A stretch of DNA of 64,000 nt from Thermoanaerobaculia bacterium (GCA_027061805.1 JAMOWA010000040.1:50974-114973); one strand, 5' to 3'. Shown: positions 33,604 through 44,009, numbered from the stretch's first letter. Numbers and translations are program-made. Notes: generated by a model not told the origin, from the letters alone.

Positions 33604-36147
33604 CTACCTCTGCATGGCCACCCGGATCAGGGCGGCGTGAAGGTCGCTGGCCGAGGCGTACCGGCGGGAGGGATCCTTCTCCAGGCACCTGAGGATGATG
33701 TCGCCGACCTCGCGGGAGAGCCCCTCCATCACCTGGAGCGGATCGGGAGGTTCCTTCCTGAGGTGGGCGTCGATCACGTTGCCCCGATTGAAGGGGGGGC
33801 GTCCGGTGGCCAGGTGGAAGAAGGTCGCCCCCAGGGAGTAGATGTCACTGCGGGCCGAGGGGGCCTCTCCCCGGATCTGCTCCGGCGACATGTAGAAGGG
33901 TGTGCCGCAGATCTTGCCGCCTGTGGCCCGGTCCGTACCGAGGCGGGCCGCGATGCCGAAGTCGAAGATCTTGACCCGGTTGGTGGCCGTGAGCAGGATG
34001 TTTCCCGGTTTGATGTCCCGGTGGATGACCCCCTGCTGGTGGGCGTAGGCGATGGCGTCGGCGACCTGCACGAGGAGGGGCAGCAGGTTGCGCTGGATCC
34101 GTTCGGGGTTTTCCCGGATCACGGCATCCATGGGCCTGCCATCCACGTACTCCATGGAGATGAGGTATCCGCCGAGCCCGGGTCCGAAGTCGTAGACCGT
34201 GACGATGGCGGGGTGATTGAGAGTGGCGGCGGCCTTGGCCTCCTCCTCCAGGAGGGAGGCCTCGGTCACGGATGTGGTCCGCACGACCTTGATGGCCACG
34301 GTTCGTTCGAGGCGGGTGTCCCGCGCGCGGAACACCACGCCCATGCCACCACGGCCGAGCTCGGAGAGAATCTCGTAGCGCTCTCCGCTCTCGGCCCCGA
34401 GGCCCGTCCGGGTCGCAGAGGGTGCAGGTGCGGTCTTGCTGGTCCGGCGGGCAAGGGCGGCGCGCTCGAGCTCCTGCTGGACATTCCGGACCTCGGTGTT
34501 CGAGTAGTCGAACTCCAGCACCTTCTGGATCTGCGTCCGGGCGGCCTCCAGGTCGCCGGCCTCGAGCAGCATCCGGGAGAGCTCGACGGCCGCAGGGATC
34601 CGGGCAGGCGATGGGGCGACACCCACGACGGTCCGCTGCAGGCAGGCGATGGCCTCGGGGAGACGATCCTCCTTCCGGAGTGTGCGTGCGATCTCCAGGA
34701 TGACGCCGGGAATGTCGGGGACGGGCCCGGGCTGCTCCTTGAGCAGGGTCCAGGCCTCGTCGTCCAGGCCCGTCCGGCGGAGCTCCACCAGCGCCTCCGG
34801 CAGTCGGCCCAGCTGCACGAGCGAGCGGGCCACGCCGCGCGCGTCGCCCACCTGGCGGTAGAGATCCAGGGCCCGTTCGGCCTCTCCGGCGGCCTCGGCA
34901 CACCGGGCGGCCTCCGCGAGCTGGCCGCCGAGCTCGTGGGCGTCGCTGGCCTCGCCCCAGCGTCCGAGACGTTCCAGGAGGGCCGCCGCAAGCTCCCACC
35001 TCTGGGCGGCCGAGGCCACCTCCGCGGCACGGGCCACCTGGTCCTTGGCGAGGAGGAGGGTGACGGCCTCGTCCACGCGATCCACGTGCAGGAGGACCTC
35101 CACACGCGCGTCGTCCATTCCCAGCTCCTCGAGCCGTGGCAGCAACCGTGCCGCGACCGCCTCGAGCTCCCGTTTCTGTTCGGATCCGCTCACGGCCGTG
35201 GCCTGGATGAGGCTCATGGCCATCTGCTTCTCGGCGCGGAGCAGCAACAGGGCCGCGTCCCGGGACCTTCCGGCGCGGTCCAGTGCGTCGGCGGCCTTCT
35301 CCAGCTTTCCGAGACGGATCCAGGCCTCGGCCGCGGCGTCGGGCTTCCCGGCCCGCATCCACGCCTCGGCGGCCCCGTCGTAGTCGCCCTCGGTCTCCAG
35401 CAGCCGTGCCGTGAGCTCGTGGTCGCGAACCGACTCCGCGGCCCGTCGTGCCGCCTTGAACTCTCCCGTGGAGGGATTGATGCGCCCCTTGCTCATGGCG
35501 AGACGGGCCGCCCGGGCGGCTCGCTCGGGCTCACCGGCCCGCATCCAGGCCCCCACCGCGTCGCTGAACCGGTTGCGTTCGGTGTACCACCGGGCCAGGG
35601 CGTGATGGCACTGCCGGGCCTCGTCGGGCAGGCCCCGGGAGAGAAACAGCCGTGCGGCCTCCTCGAGATGCTGATGCCCCGCCTTCTTGTAGAGCTCGGC
35701 GGCCTCCTCCTTCCGGCCGAGCTTCAGGGCAACGCGTGCCGCCTCCGGCCAGGCGTGGGCCTTCCGATACAGCGTGAGGGCCCGGCGGAGGTCACCCGCC
35801 TTGAGGAAGAGGTCGGCCGCGCCGCCGGGATCGCCCCGTCGGGCCAGGCGCCGCGCCAGGGCACGGTCGGGGTTGGAGCCGGACAGCAGCGCCCACAGGC
35901 CCCACGAGACGAGCGCAAGGGCCACGGTGTTCCCCGCCATGGACACCGGAGGCGTGAGGTGCTTGCCCAGGAGCTGCTCGGCCGTGGCCTGCCCGAGGAG
36001 GCGGGCGGCCCAGCCCAGGTTGCTCACCACGGCAAGCGCGACTCCGGCGAGAATCTGCGGGAACCAGCGGCTTCTGCGAGCCACAGGCACGGCCAGCCCG
36101 ATGAAGGCCAGGAGAACGGTCGGTTCCATTCCGTCCACACCGGCCAT
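33604..36147 (-). CDS. Membrane-anchored TPR/helical-repeat Ser/Thr protein kinase (kinase domain C-terminal)
   Basis: C-terminal Hanks kinase motifs GRGGMGVVF, AIK, HRDIKPGNILL, DFGIA, SPEQ. N-terminal TM helices and about 450 aa of Ala/Arg-rich helical repeats. Start is ATG 36147 or 36129. The stop lies 1 nt before the exosortase ATG. Confidence 0.85.
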   Translation of the reverse strand: MAGVDGMEPTVLLAFIGLAVPVARRSRWFPQILAGVALAVVSNLGWAARLLGQATAEQLLGKHLTPPVSMAGNTVALALVSWGLWALLSGSNPDRALARRLARRGDPGGAADLFLKAGDLRRALTLYRKAHAWPEAARVALKLGRKEEAAELYKKAGHQHLEEAARLFLSRGLPDEARQCHHALARWYTERNRFSDAVGAWMRAGEPERAARAARLAMSKGRINPSTGEFKAARRAAESVRDHELTARLLETEGDYDGAAEAWMRAGKPDAAAEAWIRLGKLEKAADALDRAGRSRDAALLLLRAEKQMAMSLIQATAVSGSEQKRELEAVAARLLPRLEELGMDDARVEVLLHVDRVDEAVTLLLAKDQVARAAEVASAAQRWELAAALLERLGRWGEASDAHELGGQLAEAARCAEAAGEAERALDLYRQVGDARGVARSLVQLGRLPEALVELRRTGLDDEAWTLLKEQPGPVPDIPGVILEIARTLRKEDRLPEAIACLQRTVVGVAPSPARIPAAVELSRMLLEAGDLEAARTQIQKVLEFDYSNTEVRNVQQELERAALARRTSKTAPAPSATRTGLGAESGERYEILSELGRGGMGVVFRARDTRLERTVAIKVVRTTSVTEASLLEEEAKAAATLNHPAIVTVYDFGPGLGGYLISMEYVDGRPMDAVIRENPERIQRNLLPLLVQVADAIAYAHQQGVIHRDIKPGNILLTATNRVKIFDFGIAARLGTDRATGGKICGTPFYMSPEQIRGEAPSARSDIYSLGATFFHLATGRPPFNRGNVIDAHLRKEPPDPLQVMEGLSREVGDIILRCLEKDPSRRYASASDLHAALIRVAMQR

Positions 36148-36421
36148 TCTAGCCTGGAATATTCGAGACGTTTCACCGCGCGGCGCGATCCACCATTCCT
36201 GGCGGTGTTGCAGCGGCTCGGCTGTCCGTCGTGCTCGAGGCACCCCGTTGCTCCCTCGTCGTGCGAGAACACCGCCACGATCCCTCCTGTATCGTCCAGG
36301 CTGGCCCGGTTCGTCGGCGGACGGCACAGTCCGGGGTCCTTGCTCCGGAACCCTGCGTCCGGCAGAAGGACCGGCCCGCGGTGCGGGCCACGGAGTTCCG
36401 GATTTTTTTGTGACGATGGGG

Positions 36422-36450
36422 TTGAAATTTTATAAAGAATCACTCATATT
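36422..36450 (+). promoter_or_regulatory. Promoter upstream of dnaJ-like gene (TTGAAA -35; either sigma-32-like CACTCATAT or sigma-70 CATATT -10)
   Basis: TTGAAA-N13-CACTCATAT partly matches the sigma-32 consensus TTGAAA-N13/14-CCCCATNT. The same DNA also reads TTGAAA-N17-CATATT. Confidence 0.35.
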
Positions 36451-36467
36451 TGAGCCCGGAGGAGACA

Positions 36468-37496
36468 GTGGCACGTGACTACTACGAGATCCTGGGGATC
36501 TCCCGGGACGCCAAGCCAGCCGAGATCAAGAAGGCCTACCGGAGGTTGGCGCGGAAGTTCCATCCCGACGTGAACCCCGGCAATGCCGAGGCCGAGAAGA
36601 AGTTCAAGGAGATCCAGGAGGCGTACGCCGTCCTGTCGGATCCGGAGAAGCGGAAACAGTACGACACCTTCGGTCACGTGGACGGGATCGGGGCCGAGGG
36701 GTTCGATCCGTTCTCCGGGGCACGTGGCAGGACCACCTGGCGTGAGGCGGGGCCCCACCGGGTGGACGCGGAGGGAATGGGTGGTTTTGGCGGGTTCGAG
36801 GATCTTGGCGATCTCTTCAGCCAGATCTTCGGGGGCCGGCAACGGTCGCAGCGCCCGCAGCCGAGGAGGGGAGCGGACCAGGAGACCACGGTGGAGATCG
36901 ACTTTGCCGAGGCGGTCCGGGGAACCACCGTGCTGGTTCCGTTGCAGCGTCAGGTCCGGTGCACGCAGTGCGGCGGGTCGGGGAATGTCGGTGGGAGGGT
37001 CTGTCCTGCCTGCCGCGGGGCCGGCATCGTGATCGCCAGCGAGCGGCTCCGGGTGAAGATCCCCGAGGGTGTCCGGGACGGCTCCCGGGTGCGGGTGGCT
37101 GGCAAGGGTTCCGACGGGGCCGCCGGTGGCCCCCCAGGCGACCTCTACGTCCGGGTCAGGGTCAGGCCTCATCCCTTCTTCAAGCGGGAGGGGGACACCA
37201 TCCGGACCACCGTTCCCATCACCTTCGACGAGGCGTACCTGGGAGCCCAGATCGAGGTGGGGACCATCCATGGGCCGGTGCGGGCCACCATCCCTCCGGG
37301 AACCCAGTCGGGTCAGACCTTCCGGCTCCGGGGCAAGGGGGTCCGCAACCTCAAGACGCGGGCCTACGGCGACCACCTCTACACGGTGCACGTGGCGGTG
37401 CCGAAGGTCGTGTCCCCGGCGGGAGAGGAGGCCGCCCGGCGCGTGGCGGAGCTCTATTCGGCCAACCCCAGGGCCGGCCTACCGTTGAGCCTGTGA
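36468..37496 (+). CDS. dnaJ: DnaJ-class co-chaperone (J domain, G/F region, single zinc centre, C-terminal substrate domains)
   Basis: [26 protein letters not shown] (HPD motif), G/F stretch, [25 protein letters not shown] 36468 follows GGAGGAGA. Confidence 0.8.
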   Translation: MARDYYEILGISRDAKPAEIKKAYRRLARKFHPDVNPGNAEAEKKFKEIQEAYAVLSDPEKRKQYDTFGHVDGIGAEGFDPFSGARGRTTWREAGPHRVDAEGMGGFGGFEDLGDLFSQIFGGRQRSQRPQPRRGADQETTVEIDFAEAVRGTTVLVPLQRQVRCTQCGGSGNVGGRVCPACRGAGIVIASERLRVKIPEGVRDGSRVRVAGKGSDGAAGGPPGDLYVRVRVRPHPFFKREGDTIRTTVPITFDEAYLGAQIEVGTIHGPVRATIPPGTQSGQTFRLRGKGVRNLKTRAYGDHLYTVHVAVPKVVSPAGEEAARRVAELYSANPRAGLPLSL

Positions 37497-38030
37497 GCCC
37501 CTCGGCCCGTCACGGCGCAGCCTCTGCCAGGCGTGGCGCCTGAGGGTCCTGCGGAGCTGGAAGAACAGGCGGCGGGGACCGTGCACCATGTCCGGCAGCA
37601 GGATGCCCTCCAGGTGGTCGAGCTCGTGGCAGAAGGCCTGGGCGAGCCTGTCCGTCGCCTCGTGGACCCTCCAGGTGCCCGTCAGGTCCAGGGCGCGGAC
37701 CCGGACCCGCCGCGGCCTCCGTACGGTGGTGTAGAGGTCCGGGAAGGAGAGGCACCCCTCGGTGAGGGGCCGGAGCTCCCGGGCCTCCTCCAGCACGGGG
37801 TTGGCCAGGACGAGGACGCCGGCCGGGTCCCGGCCCAGGGAGAGGTCCACCACCGCCAGCCGCAGGTTCACGCCCACCTGGGGGCCGGCGAGCCCCAGGC
37901 CCGGCGCGGCCCATGCCGTCTCCAGCATGTCCCGCACGAGGTGGTCCAGCTCGCTGCCGAAACGCTCCACGGGAGCGTTGGGGGCCACCAGCCGCGGGTC
38001 GTCGTCCAGGAGGATGGGAAGAACGCTCAC
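37479..38030 (-). CDS. def: Peptide deformylase
   Basis: [15 protein letters not shown] and HELDHLEG motifs. The GTG start overlaps the upstream stop (GTGA). Confidence 0.9.
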   Translation of the reverse strand: MSVLPILLDDDPRLVAPNAPVERFGSELDHLVRDMLETAWAAPGLGLAGPQVGVNLRLAVVDLSLGRDPAGVLVLANPVLEEARELRPLTEGCLSFPDLYTTVRRPRRVRVRALDLTGTWRVHEATDRLAQAFCHELDHLEGILLPDMVHGPRRLFFQLRRTLRRHAWQRLRRDGPRGSQAQR

Positions 38031-38881
38031 CCCTGGGAGCTTCGCATGCGGGAGACCAGCGCCTCCACGGTGTCCTGGGCCCGCCGGTGGCAGAACTCCT
38101 CGAGGGTCTGCAGGACCTCGGGGTGGTGGGCGGTGACGCGGTCCACGGAGGCGCGGTCCAGCTCGATGGCCATCACGGGGGTCTTCGCCGTGATGGTGGC
38201 GGTGCGGGGCCTGCCCGTGAGCAGTGAGACCTCGCCGAAGAAGTCTCCCTCGCCCAGCTCGCCCAGGGGAATGTGCTCGCCGTGCTCGCCGCGGGTGAAC
38301 ACCTTGACCGTGCCCGAGGCGATGAGGAAGAGGCTGTCGCCCGGCTCCCCCTCGGTGACGATGATGTCGCCCTCGGCGTAGGAGCGGAGCGTGGTGGAGG
38401 TGAGGACCTCCAGCAGGGCCTCCTTCTCGAAGGCGGCGAAGAGGGTCGAGGACCGGAGCTCCTTGATGCGGCGCTCCCGGCCCTCGGGGTCCTCCGCCTT
38501 CCGTGGCTTCTCCGCCTGCGCCGCCGCGAGACGCTCCTGGAGCGGCATCTGCGTCTTCCGGGCCTCCTCGATGAGGCGGGCCAGCTCCTCGTGCACGTCG
38601 GGTGCGTCGGGGTCGAGGCGGAGGATCTTCTTGTACAGCGCGATGGCCTTGGCGTAGAACCCGTCCCGGGCGTAACGCTCGGCCAGGTCCCGGTACAGCC
38701 CGATCGCCTTCTCCCGGTTCCCGGCGAGGCCGAGGATCTCCGCCTGCCGGAGCAGCAGGTTGAACTGCTTCGGGTTCTTCCTGAGGGCCTCCGTGACGGC
38801 GGCGAGCGCCCTGTCGTACTCCTTGCGGGCCAGGTAGTGGTCCAGGTCCTCGATCCTGGGCTTGGAGAATGGAAACCTCAT
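38027..38881 (-). CDS. TPR + cyclic-nucleotide-binding domain protein (no DNA-binding output seen)
   Basis: Start reset to ATG 38881. N-terminal TPRs are followed by a cNMP-binding fold: GDIIVTEGEPGDSLFLIASG..GDFFGEVSLLTGRPRTATI. Confidence 0.75.
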   Translation of the reverse strand: MRFPFSKPRIEDLDHYLARKEYDRALAAVTEALRKNPKQFNLLLRQAEILGLAGNREKAIGLYRDLAERYARDGFYAKAIALYKKILRLDPDAPDVHEELARLIEEARKTQMPLQERLAAAQAEKPRKAEDPEGRERRIKELRSSTLFAAFEKEALLEVLTSTTLRSYAEGDIIVTEGEPGDSLFLIASGTVKVFTRGEHGEHIPLGELGEGDFFGEVSLLTGRPRTATITAKTPVMAIELDRASVDRVTAHHPEVLQTLEEFCHRRAQDTVEALVSRMRSSQG

Positions 38882-40224
38882 GGTGCCGACTCCTTCATGC
38901 GCTCGAACGTTGCGTGGGCCGCCCCGGCGGACCGCCGGCGGATGGCGGTGGGATCCTCCACGACGAGGGTCCCGTCCCTGACCAGGATCCTGCCGGCCAC
39001 GACGGTGTGCAGCACGGTGCACGCCGTGCCGCCGTAGACGATGCGGGAGGCCGGGTCGCCGCCGGGCTGGAGGGCCCAGGCGTTGCCGTCGATCACGATC
39101 ACGTCCGCCGCCAGGCCCGGTGCGAGGGTGCCCGTCACGTCCTCCAGGTGGAGGGCACGCGCGCCCTCCCGGGTGGCCATGGCGAGGACGGTCCACGGGG
39201 AGAGTGCCTTCGGCCCGTGCCGCAGGTTGTGGAGCGTTCCGGCCAGGGCCATCTCCGCGAAGGCCGAGAGCCTGTTGTTGCAGGGCGGGCCGTCGGCTCC
39301 GAGGGCCAGGGGAACCCCCGCCGCGAGAAGGCCGGGGACATCGGCGATACCCGACGCCAGCTTGAGGTTGGCCCCGGGGCAGTGGCAGATGCGGGTCCGA
39401 GTCCGGGCCAGGAGCTCCACCTCGGCGGGTTCCAGGTGGACGCCATGGGCCAGGACCACGTCCTCGCCCGTGAGCCCCACGCTGTCCAGGTACGCCACAT
39501 TGGCCAGCCCTGTCAGCTTCCGGACCAGCGCCACCTCCTCGCGGTTCTCCGAGGCGTGGGTCTGGAGGAGCCAGCCGTTGTCACGGGCCAGCCCGGCGCA
39601 GCCCTCGAGCAGCGAAGGGCTGCAGGAGAGGGCGAAACGGGGGGCCACGGCGTAGCCCAGGCGGCCCCCCTCCGCTCCGTGCCACCGCCGGCCCAGCTCC
39701 TCCGCCTCGGCCAGGGAGTCGTCGGGGGCCCGGAGCAGACGGGCCGGCACACCCTCGCCCGTGTCCATGTGGGTCATGCCCGAGATGAAGCGGATGCCCA
39801 GGCGCCGTGCGGCCTCGAACACCCTGTGGTGGTCGTGGGTGGTGCCGAAGTCCAGCACGGTGGTGGTGCCGCCGGCGAGCAGCTCGGCAATGCCGAGCTC
39901 CGCGGCGGCCTCCACCCCGTCGCCGTCCAGCGCGGCCTCGTAGGGCCAGGTCCGGAGCCGGAGCCAGTCCAGCAGCTCCAGGAAGTCGGCCCTGTGGCGG
40001 AGCAGGGACTGCACCACGTGGACGTGGCCCTGGACGAGGCCGGGCAGCACGAGGCAGTCCGTGGCGTCCAGCTCCTCCCGGGCCTCCACGTCACGGGCCG
40101 GGCCCCGCGTGAGGGCGGCGATGCGTCCTTCCGAGATGAGCACGTCCCCGGTGAAGAACTCTCCGTCCTCCACCATGGGGACCACCGTCCCGTTCCGGAT
40201 GCGGAGGTCGTAAACCGTGGCCAT
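38878..40224 (-). CDS. Amidohydrolase-superfamily deaminase (MtaD / SsnA / guanine-deaminase-like)
   Basis: Start reset to ATG 40224. LVLPGLVQGHVHV metal-binding HxH, ...QTHASE..., HGVHL, GADG pattern. Confidence 0.7.
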   Translation of the reverse strand: MATVYDLRIRNGTVVPMVEDGEFFTGDVLISEGRIAALTRGPARDVEAREELDATDCLVLPGLVQGHVHVVQSLLRHRADFLELLDWLRLRTWPYEAALDGDGVEAAAELGIAELLAGGTTTVLDFGTTHDHHRVFEAARRLGIRFISGMTHMDTGEGVPARLLRAPDDSLAEAEELGRRWHGAEGGRLGYAVAPRFALSCSPSLLEGCAGLARDNGWLLQTHASENREEVALVRKLTGLANVAYLDSVGLTGEDVVLAHGVHLEPAEVELLARTRTRICHCPGANLKLASGIADVPGLLAAGVPLALGADGPPCNNRLSAFAEMALAGTLHNLRHGPKALSPWTVLAMATREGARALHLEDVTGTLAPGLAADVIVIDGNAWALQPGGDPASRIVYGGTACTVLHTVVAGRILVRDGTLVVEDPTAIRRRSAGAAHATFERMKESAP

Positions 40225-40345
40225 GCAATAGATGGTCGCACCCGGTGGGTGAGGTGTCAAACGGAGGACTCCGGGGGGTGTGGTGGACCCGGAGACCAGA
40301 GGTCGGGAGCCGCCCGCATCCCCGCCATGTCCCGCCCGGCGGTCC

Positions 40346-41497
40346 TCACGGCCCGGTGGCCCAGCCATCCGGGCTCAACCCGGCCACGAATCGCGTGGTG
40401 AAGACCGGGTCCGGGAGCCTCCGGGTCCATCGCCGGAACAGGAGCCCCAGCACGGCGTTGCTGCGAATGGCGAGGTTCGTGACACCGATGACTCTCCGGA
40501 CCGTTGCACGAGAGACCTTCACCTGGGTCCCCTCGGTGAACGAGGGGTTGGCCGCGATGTTGGAGAGCGTCAGGGCGGCGAGCCCCACCGCCCACATGAG
40601 GAAGCGGCGGATTCCGGTCTCCCCGCGCGGAATGGCCTGGACGTAGGCGAGCGCGTCCCTGAGGCTGCCATGGGCCACCGCCAGCAGCTGGTGGAGAGCC
40701 CGGGAGAACTCCGGCGTGCTCCGGACCTCCGGCAGCCCGTCGAGATTGGCCCCGGCCTCGGCAAAGAGGCGTCGGGGCAGCCAGCAGCATCCCCGCTCGA
40801 GATCGGCCCAGATGTCCTTGAGGATGTTGGCCATCTGGAGCCCCTGCCCGAAGGACGCGGCGAGGGCCTTGAGGCGTTCCCGGCGCCGGGCGATGACTCC
40901 CGAGTGGTGGCAGAAGAGGTCGGTGAGCATCTCGCCCACGACCCCGGCCACGTGGTAGCAGTAGCGCTCCAGGTCCTCCAGGGTCTCCAGGCCCCTGCCC
41001 GTACCGTCGCGGCTGAACCTGGCCATGCCCCGTCCCATGATGGCCACGCAGCGGATGAGAGCTCTTCTCTGGGCCCCGGCCAGCGACTGCGTGATCCGCA
41101 ACACCCGTGGCAGCTCCCGGATCAGCCTGTGCTCCGCGGGCAGCGAGGCGCGGGAAAGGCGTCCCCCGAGAGCGGCGGCCAGCGGGGCCCCGTCACCGCC
41201 CCGTTCCAGCTCCGCCAGGAAGGCCTCCAGGAACACCACCTTCTGTTCGTGAGGCACACCGGGATCGTCCTCGATGGTGTCGGCGATCCGGCAGAGCAGG
41301 TAGCCGTTGGCCACGGCCCGGCTCAGGTCGGGTGGCAGCTGGGGAATGGTCAGGGCGAAGGTCCGGGAGACCTCGCCGAGGCTCTGGATCTGGAATGTCT
41401 CGTCGGGTGGCTGTGGTGGGCCGGCCGGGCTGTCCGACAGGAGCTCCTGCACGCCACCTGCGGTGATCTCCCCGAACAGGGCGGTCGCTGAAACCAT
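40346..41497 (-). CDS. Squalene synthase (farnesyl-diphosphate farnesyltransferase), long SQS type
   Basis: SRTFALTIPQLP..YLLCRIADTIEDD (first Asp-rich motif), YCYHVAGVVGEML, GQGLQMANILKDIWAD. At 383 aa it is longer than HpnC/HpnD-type enzymes. Confidence 0.75.
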   Translation of the reverse strand: MVSATALFGEITAGGVQELLSDSPAGPPQPPDETFQIQSLGEVSRTFALTIPQLPPDLSRAVANGYLLCRIADTIEDDPGVPHEQKVVFLEAFLAELERGGDGAPLAAALGGRLSRASLPAEHRLIRELPRVLRITQSLAGAQRRALIRCVAIMGRGMARFSRDGTGRGLETLEDLERYCYHVAGVVGEMLTDLFCHHSGVIARRRERLKALAASFGQGLQMANILKDIWADLERGCCWLPRRLFAEAGANLDGLPEVRSTPEFSRALHQLLAVAHGSLRDALAYVQAIPRGETGIRRFLMWAVGLAALTLSNIAANPSFTEGTQVKVSRATVRRVIGVTNLAIRSNAVLGLLFRRWTRRLPDPVFTTRFVAGLSPDGWATGP

Positions 41498-41505
41498 GGG
41501 CGGGA

Positions 41506-42606
41506 TTATACGTCAGTGGGCTTCGATGGTACCGGGGAATCCGCACTGCACACGGCGCCCACCGGGTCCTCCCGAAGTGTCGTGGGACGGAAGCCCTCCA
41601 GAGAGGCTGCACGGGTGAAGCGGCCCAGGCGGTCCTCTTCGGTCCCGAAGACGATGCCAAAGTCGCCACCCCCTGCACCGCTGGGCTTGTAGGCCACGCC
41701 GGCCTCCGAGGCCAGCTCCCGGAGGCGCCGATGCTCGGGGGAGAGGATGGGAGAGCCCATCAGCGCTCCCAGACGCTCCAGGGTTCCGGTGAAGGACCGC
41801 ACGGTGTCGAGGAAGTCCGGCAGCCGGTCTCCTGCCAGCTCATCGAGGCCCCGTGCCGAGAGCTTCCCCAGCTCGTCGAGGCAGGCCACCGTGCCAGTCT
41901 CTCTCAGTACCAGGGACCGTTCCAGGCGGGAGAGGAAACCTCCTGTGCTGGCGGCCCTGCCGGTCCAGACGAAGCGCAGGCGGAGCTCCGGGGGCAGGGA
42001 CACCGGAACGGCGTGGGGCTGGCTTCCCCTGGAATCCAGTTCATAGCGCAGGACACCACCGAGCAGGCTCGCCGCAACGTCGATCCCGGACCCCCTCCCA
42101 CCCTGGAGGCCGCGGTGGGCCTCCACCAGCGGGCCGAGAATGGTACCGGGGCCAGGGACATTGCCGTCCCCTGCCAGGTCCAGGAGCCCTGCGGCGAGGG
42201 CCACGGTGAGCGCCGCGCTGGATCCCAGGCCCAGCTTGGGCCGGCCGGGGATGTCTCCTCCGAAGAAGGCGCGGGTGTCCAGGATCAGGATCTGCGGGGG
42301 CAGCCCTGCGGGGTCCAGGAGGCCGGTCCGGGACAGGTCGCGGAAGAGGCCGGTGACCAGGGCGAGCCCCTCCGCCGCTCCGGGATCCTCCCACCGGACG
42401 CCACCGTCCGGCCCCACCTCGAAGGCCGCCCGCCCCGGGACCAGGCCCGGGGACTCCGCGTGCCAGCGTGTGTCGGAAGAGGGCTCCAGGACCACACGGG
42501 CCCGGCGGTCGATCGCCATCACCAGGGCCGGCGCACCGAAGAGCACGGTGTACTCTCCCAGGAGCACGAGCTTGCCGGGAGCCGTGGCTTCCAGGGCACG
42601 GCTCAT
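41506..42606 (-). CDS. mvaK2: Phosphomevalonate kinase (GHMP family)
   Basis: Start reset to ATG 42606. APGKLVLLGEYTVLFG (GEY rather than the GEH of mevalonate kinase), GLGSSAA and KPSGAGGGD. Confidence 0.7.
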   Translation of the reverse strand: MSRALEATAPGKLVLLGEYTVLFGAPALVMAIDRRARVVLEPSSDTRWHAESPGLVPGRAAFEVGPDGGVRWEDPGAAEGLALVTGLFRDLSRTGLLDPAGLPPQILILDTRAFFGGDIPGRPKLGLGSSAALTVALAAGLLDLAGDGNVPGPGTILGPLVEAHRGLQGGRGSGIDVAASLLGGVLRYELDSRGSQPHAVPVSLPPELRLRFVWTGRAASTGGFLSRLERSLVLRETGTVACLDELGKLSARGLDELAGDRLPDFLDTVRSFTGTLERLGALMGSPILSPEHRRLRELASEAGVAYKPSGAGGGDFGIVFGTEEDRLGRFTRAASLEGFRPTTLREDPVGAVCSADSPVPSKPTDV

Positions 42607-43589
42607 CCGGCGACCCTCGCTCCCTCGCCGAGCCCGCTGGAAAGGAGCCGGACGACACCGGGCACCGTGCCGAGCGCCTCTTCGACCCTGGCCGTGGCTT
42701 CGGGCAGGCAGATGGCCTTCACCTGGGGTCCGGCGTCCACCGTGAAGAACACCGGGATCCCCTCCCGCCGCAGCTGCCGGATCCGGTGGAGGCACTCCAC
42801 GGTGGTGCCGTTCCAGTAGATCAGTCCGGGCCGGGCCGAGAGCATGAGGCCGTGCATGGCCAGGCAGCTGGCCTCGCTCACCTCGGCCAGTGCCTCGAAA
42901 TCGCGGGACGCCACGGCCTCCCGTGCGGCGGCCAGGTCCGCCGGGGACTGCCGCACCCACGAGCGGTAGCAGGGAGAGGTCCGCTCGGTGAGCAGCATGC
43001 CCTCGGTGGAGCCGGTCTCCTTGGGACCGGTGGCGGTGACGGCCACCACCACCTCCAGGGGCCAGGCCTCCGGAGGCAGGATCTGCCGTGTGGTGGTGGG
43101 GTGGGGGCCTTCCGGCGTCAGGGCGAGCTCCACGAAGCCGCCGAAGAGGGAACGTGCCGCCGATCCCGAGCAGCGCCTGGCGAGGTCGGCCAGCTCTTCC
43201 CGGGGGAGGTTTCCGCCGAGAGCCGCGTGGGCCGCCACCACCAGGGCGGCGAACCCCGATGCCGACGAGGCCAGGCCCGCGGCGGTGGGGAAGTCGTTGG
43301 CGCTCTCCACGCGGGCATGGAGGGAGGTGCCAAGCCGGCGGCGGAGCCGCTCGAGGCAGCCGGAGACCCGCCGCACCGCCGCGGTGTCCTCCCGCCCGTC
43401 CAGCAGGAGCACGTCCTCCCGGAGCTCCGGATCGAAGGCCACGGTGGTGGTGGTGGCCAGGCCTCCCAGCGTGATGGAGAGCGAGCCCACGGCGGGCAGG
43501 TTCTCCGCGATGTCCGCCTTGCCCCAGTACTTGACCAGCGCGATGTTGGGGTGGGCGATGGCGGTGGCAGAGCAGGACAGGCCGCTCAT
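42603..43589 (-). CDS. mvaD: Diphosphomevalonate decarboxylase
   Basis: Start reset to ATG 43589. AHPNIALVKYWGK..LPAVGSLSITL..AAGLASSASGFAAL..GSGSAARS. Confidence 0.8.
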   Translation of the reverse strand: MSGLSCSATAIAHPNIALVKYWGKADIAENLPAVGSLSITLGGLATTTTVAFDPELREDVLLLDGREDTAAVRRVSGCLERLRRRLGTSLHARVESANDFPTAAGLASSASGFAALVVAAHAALGGNLPREELADLARRCSGSAARSLFGGFVELALTPEGPHPTTTRQILPPEAWPLEVVVAVTATGPKETGSTEGMLLTERTSPCYRSWVRQSPADLAAAREAVASRDFEALAEVSEASCLAMHGLMLSARPGLIYWNGTTVECLHRIRQLRREGIPVFFTVDAGPQVKAICLPEATARVEEALGTVPGVVRLLSSGLGEGARVAG

Positions 43590-44009
43590 GCTGGCCCCCG
43601 GTGGGATGCGGGGATCCTCTCCGCGGCGCGGGGCCGTGGTGGTGCGAGCATGTTCCCGGGAGAGGGGGATACCGGCACGTGAACCTCCCAGAACGATCCT
43701 GCGCGATTCTACCGTGAGCCTGTTGCAGGAGTCATGGATCGAGGTGGGTTCCTGCGGCATCGGCCCCCACCCGCCCGGGAAAATGAACCACGGATCACGC
43801 GGATTGATCGGATCAAGAAGAAGATAGAAATAGATCCGGAAATGCGTTCGACTTCTCGCCAGGCCGATGGGCATGACCTTCCGGGAGTTTTGCAAGTGGC
43901 TCCCGTGATACGGCTCGAGAGTGGACACAGGGTTCTCCAGCAATCGGGAATGAGACCTTGACGCAAGATGTTGCTCGGTTCGTACCATTCGCGAAGGGGA
44001 GGGGAAGGT

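Noticed and set aside
36698-36708. GGGTTCGATCC, a tRNA T-arm-like string
   Set aside because: It lies in frame inside the dnaJ G/F region (EGFDPF), and no acceptor or anticodon arms can be drawn around it.
43590-44009. Possible ncRNA or riboswitch in the AT-richer divergent spacer between the mevalonate and dehydrogenase operons
   Set aside because: Only short symmetries (GGATC-N18-GATCC) are present, and I found no motif of a known RNA family. It is most simply a divergent promoter region.
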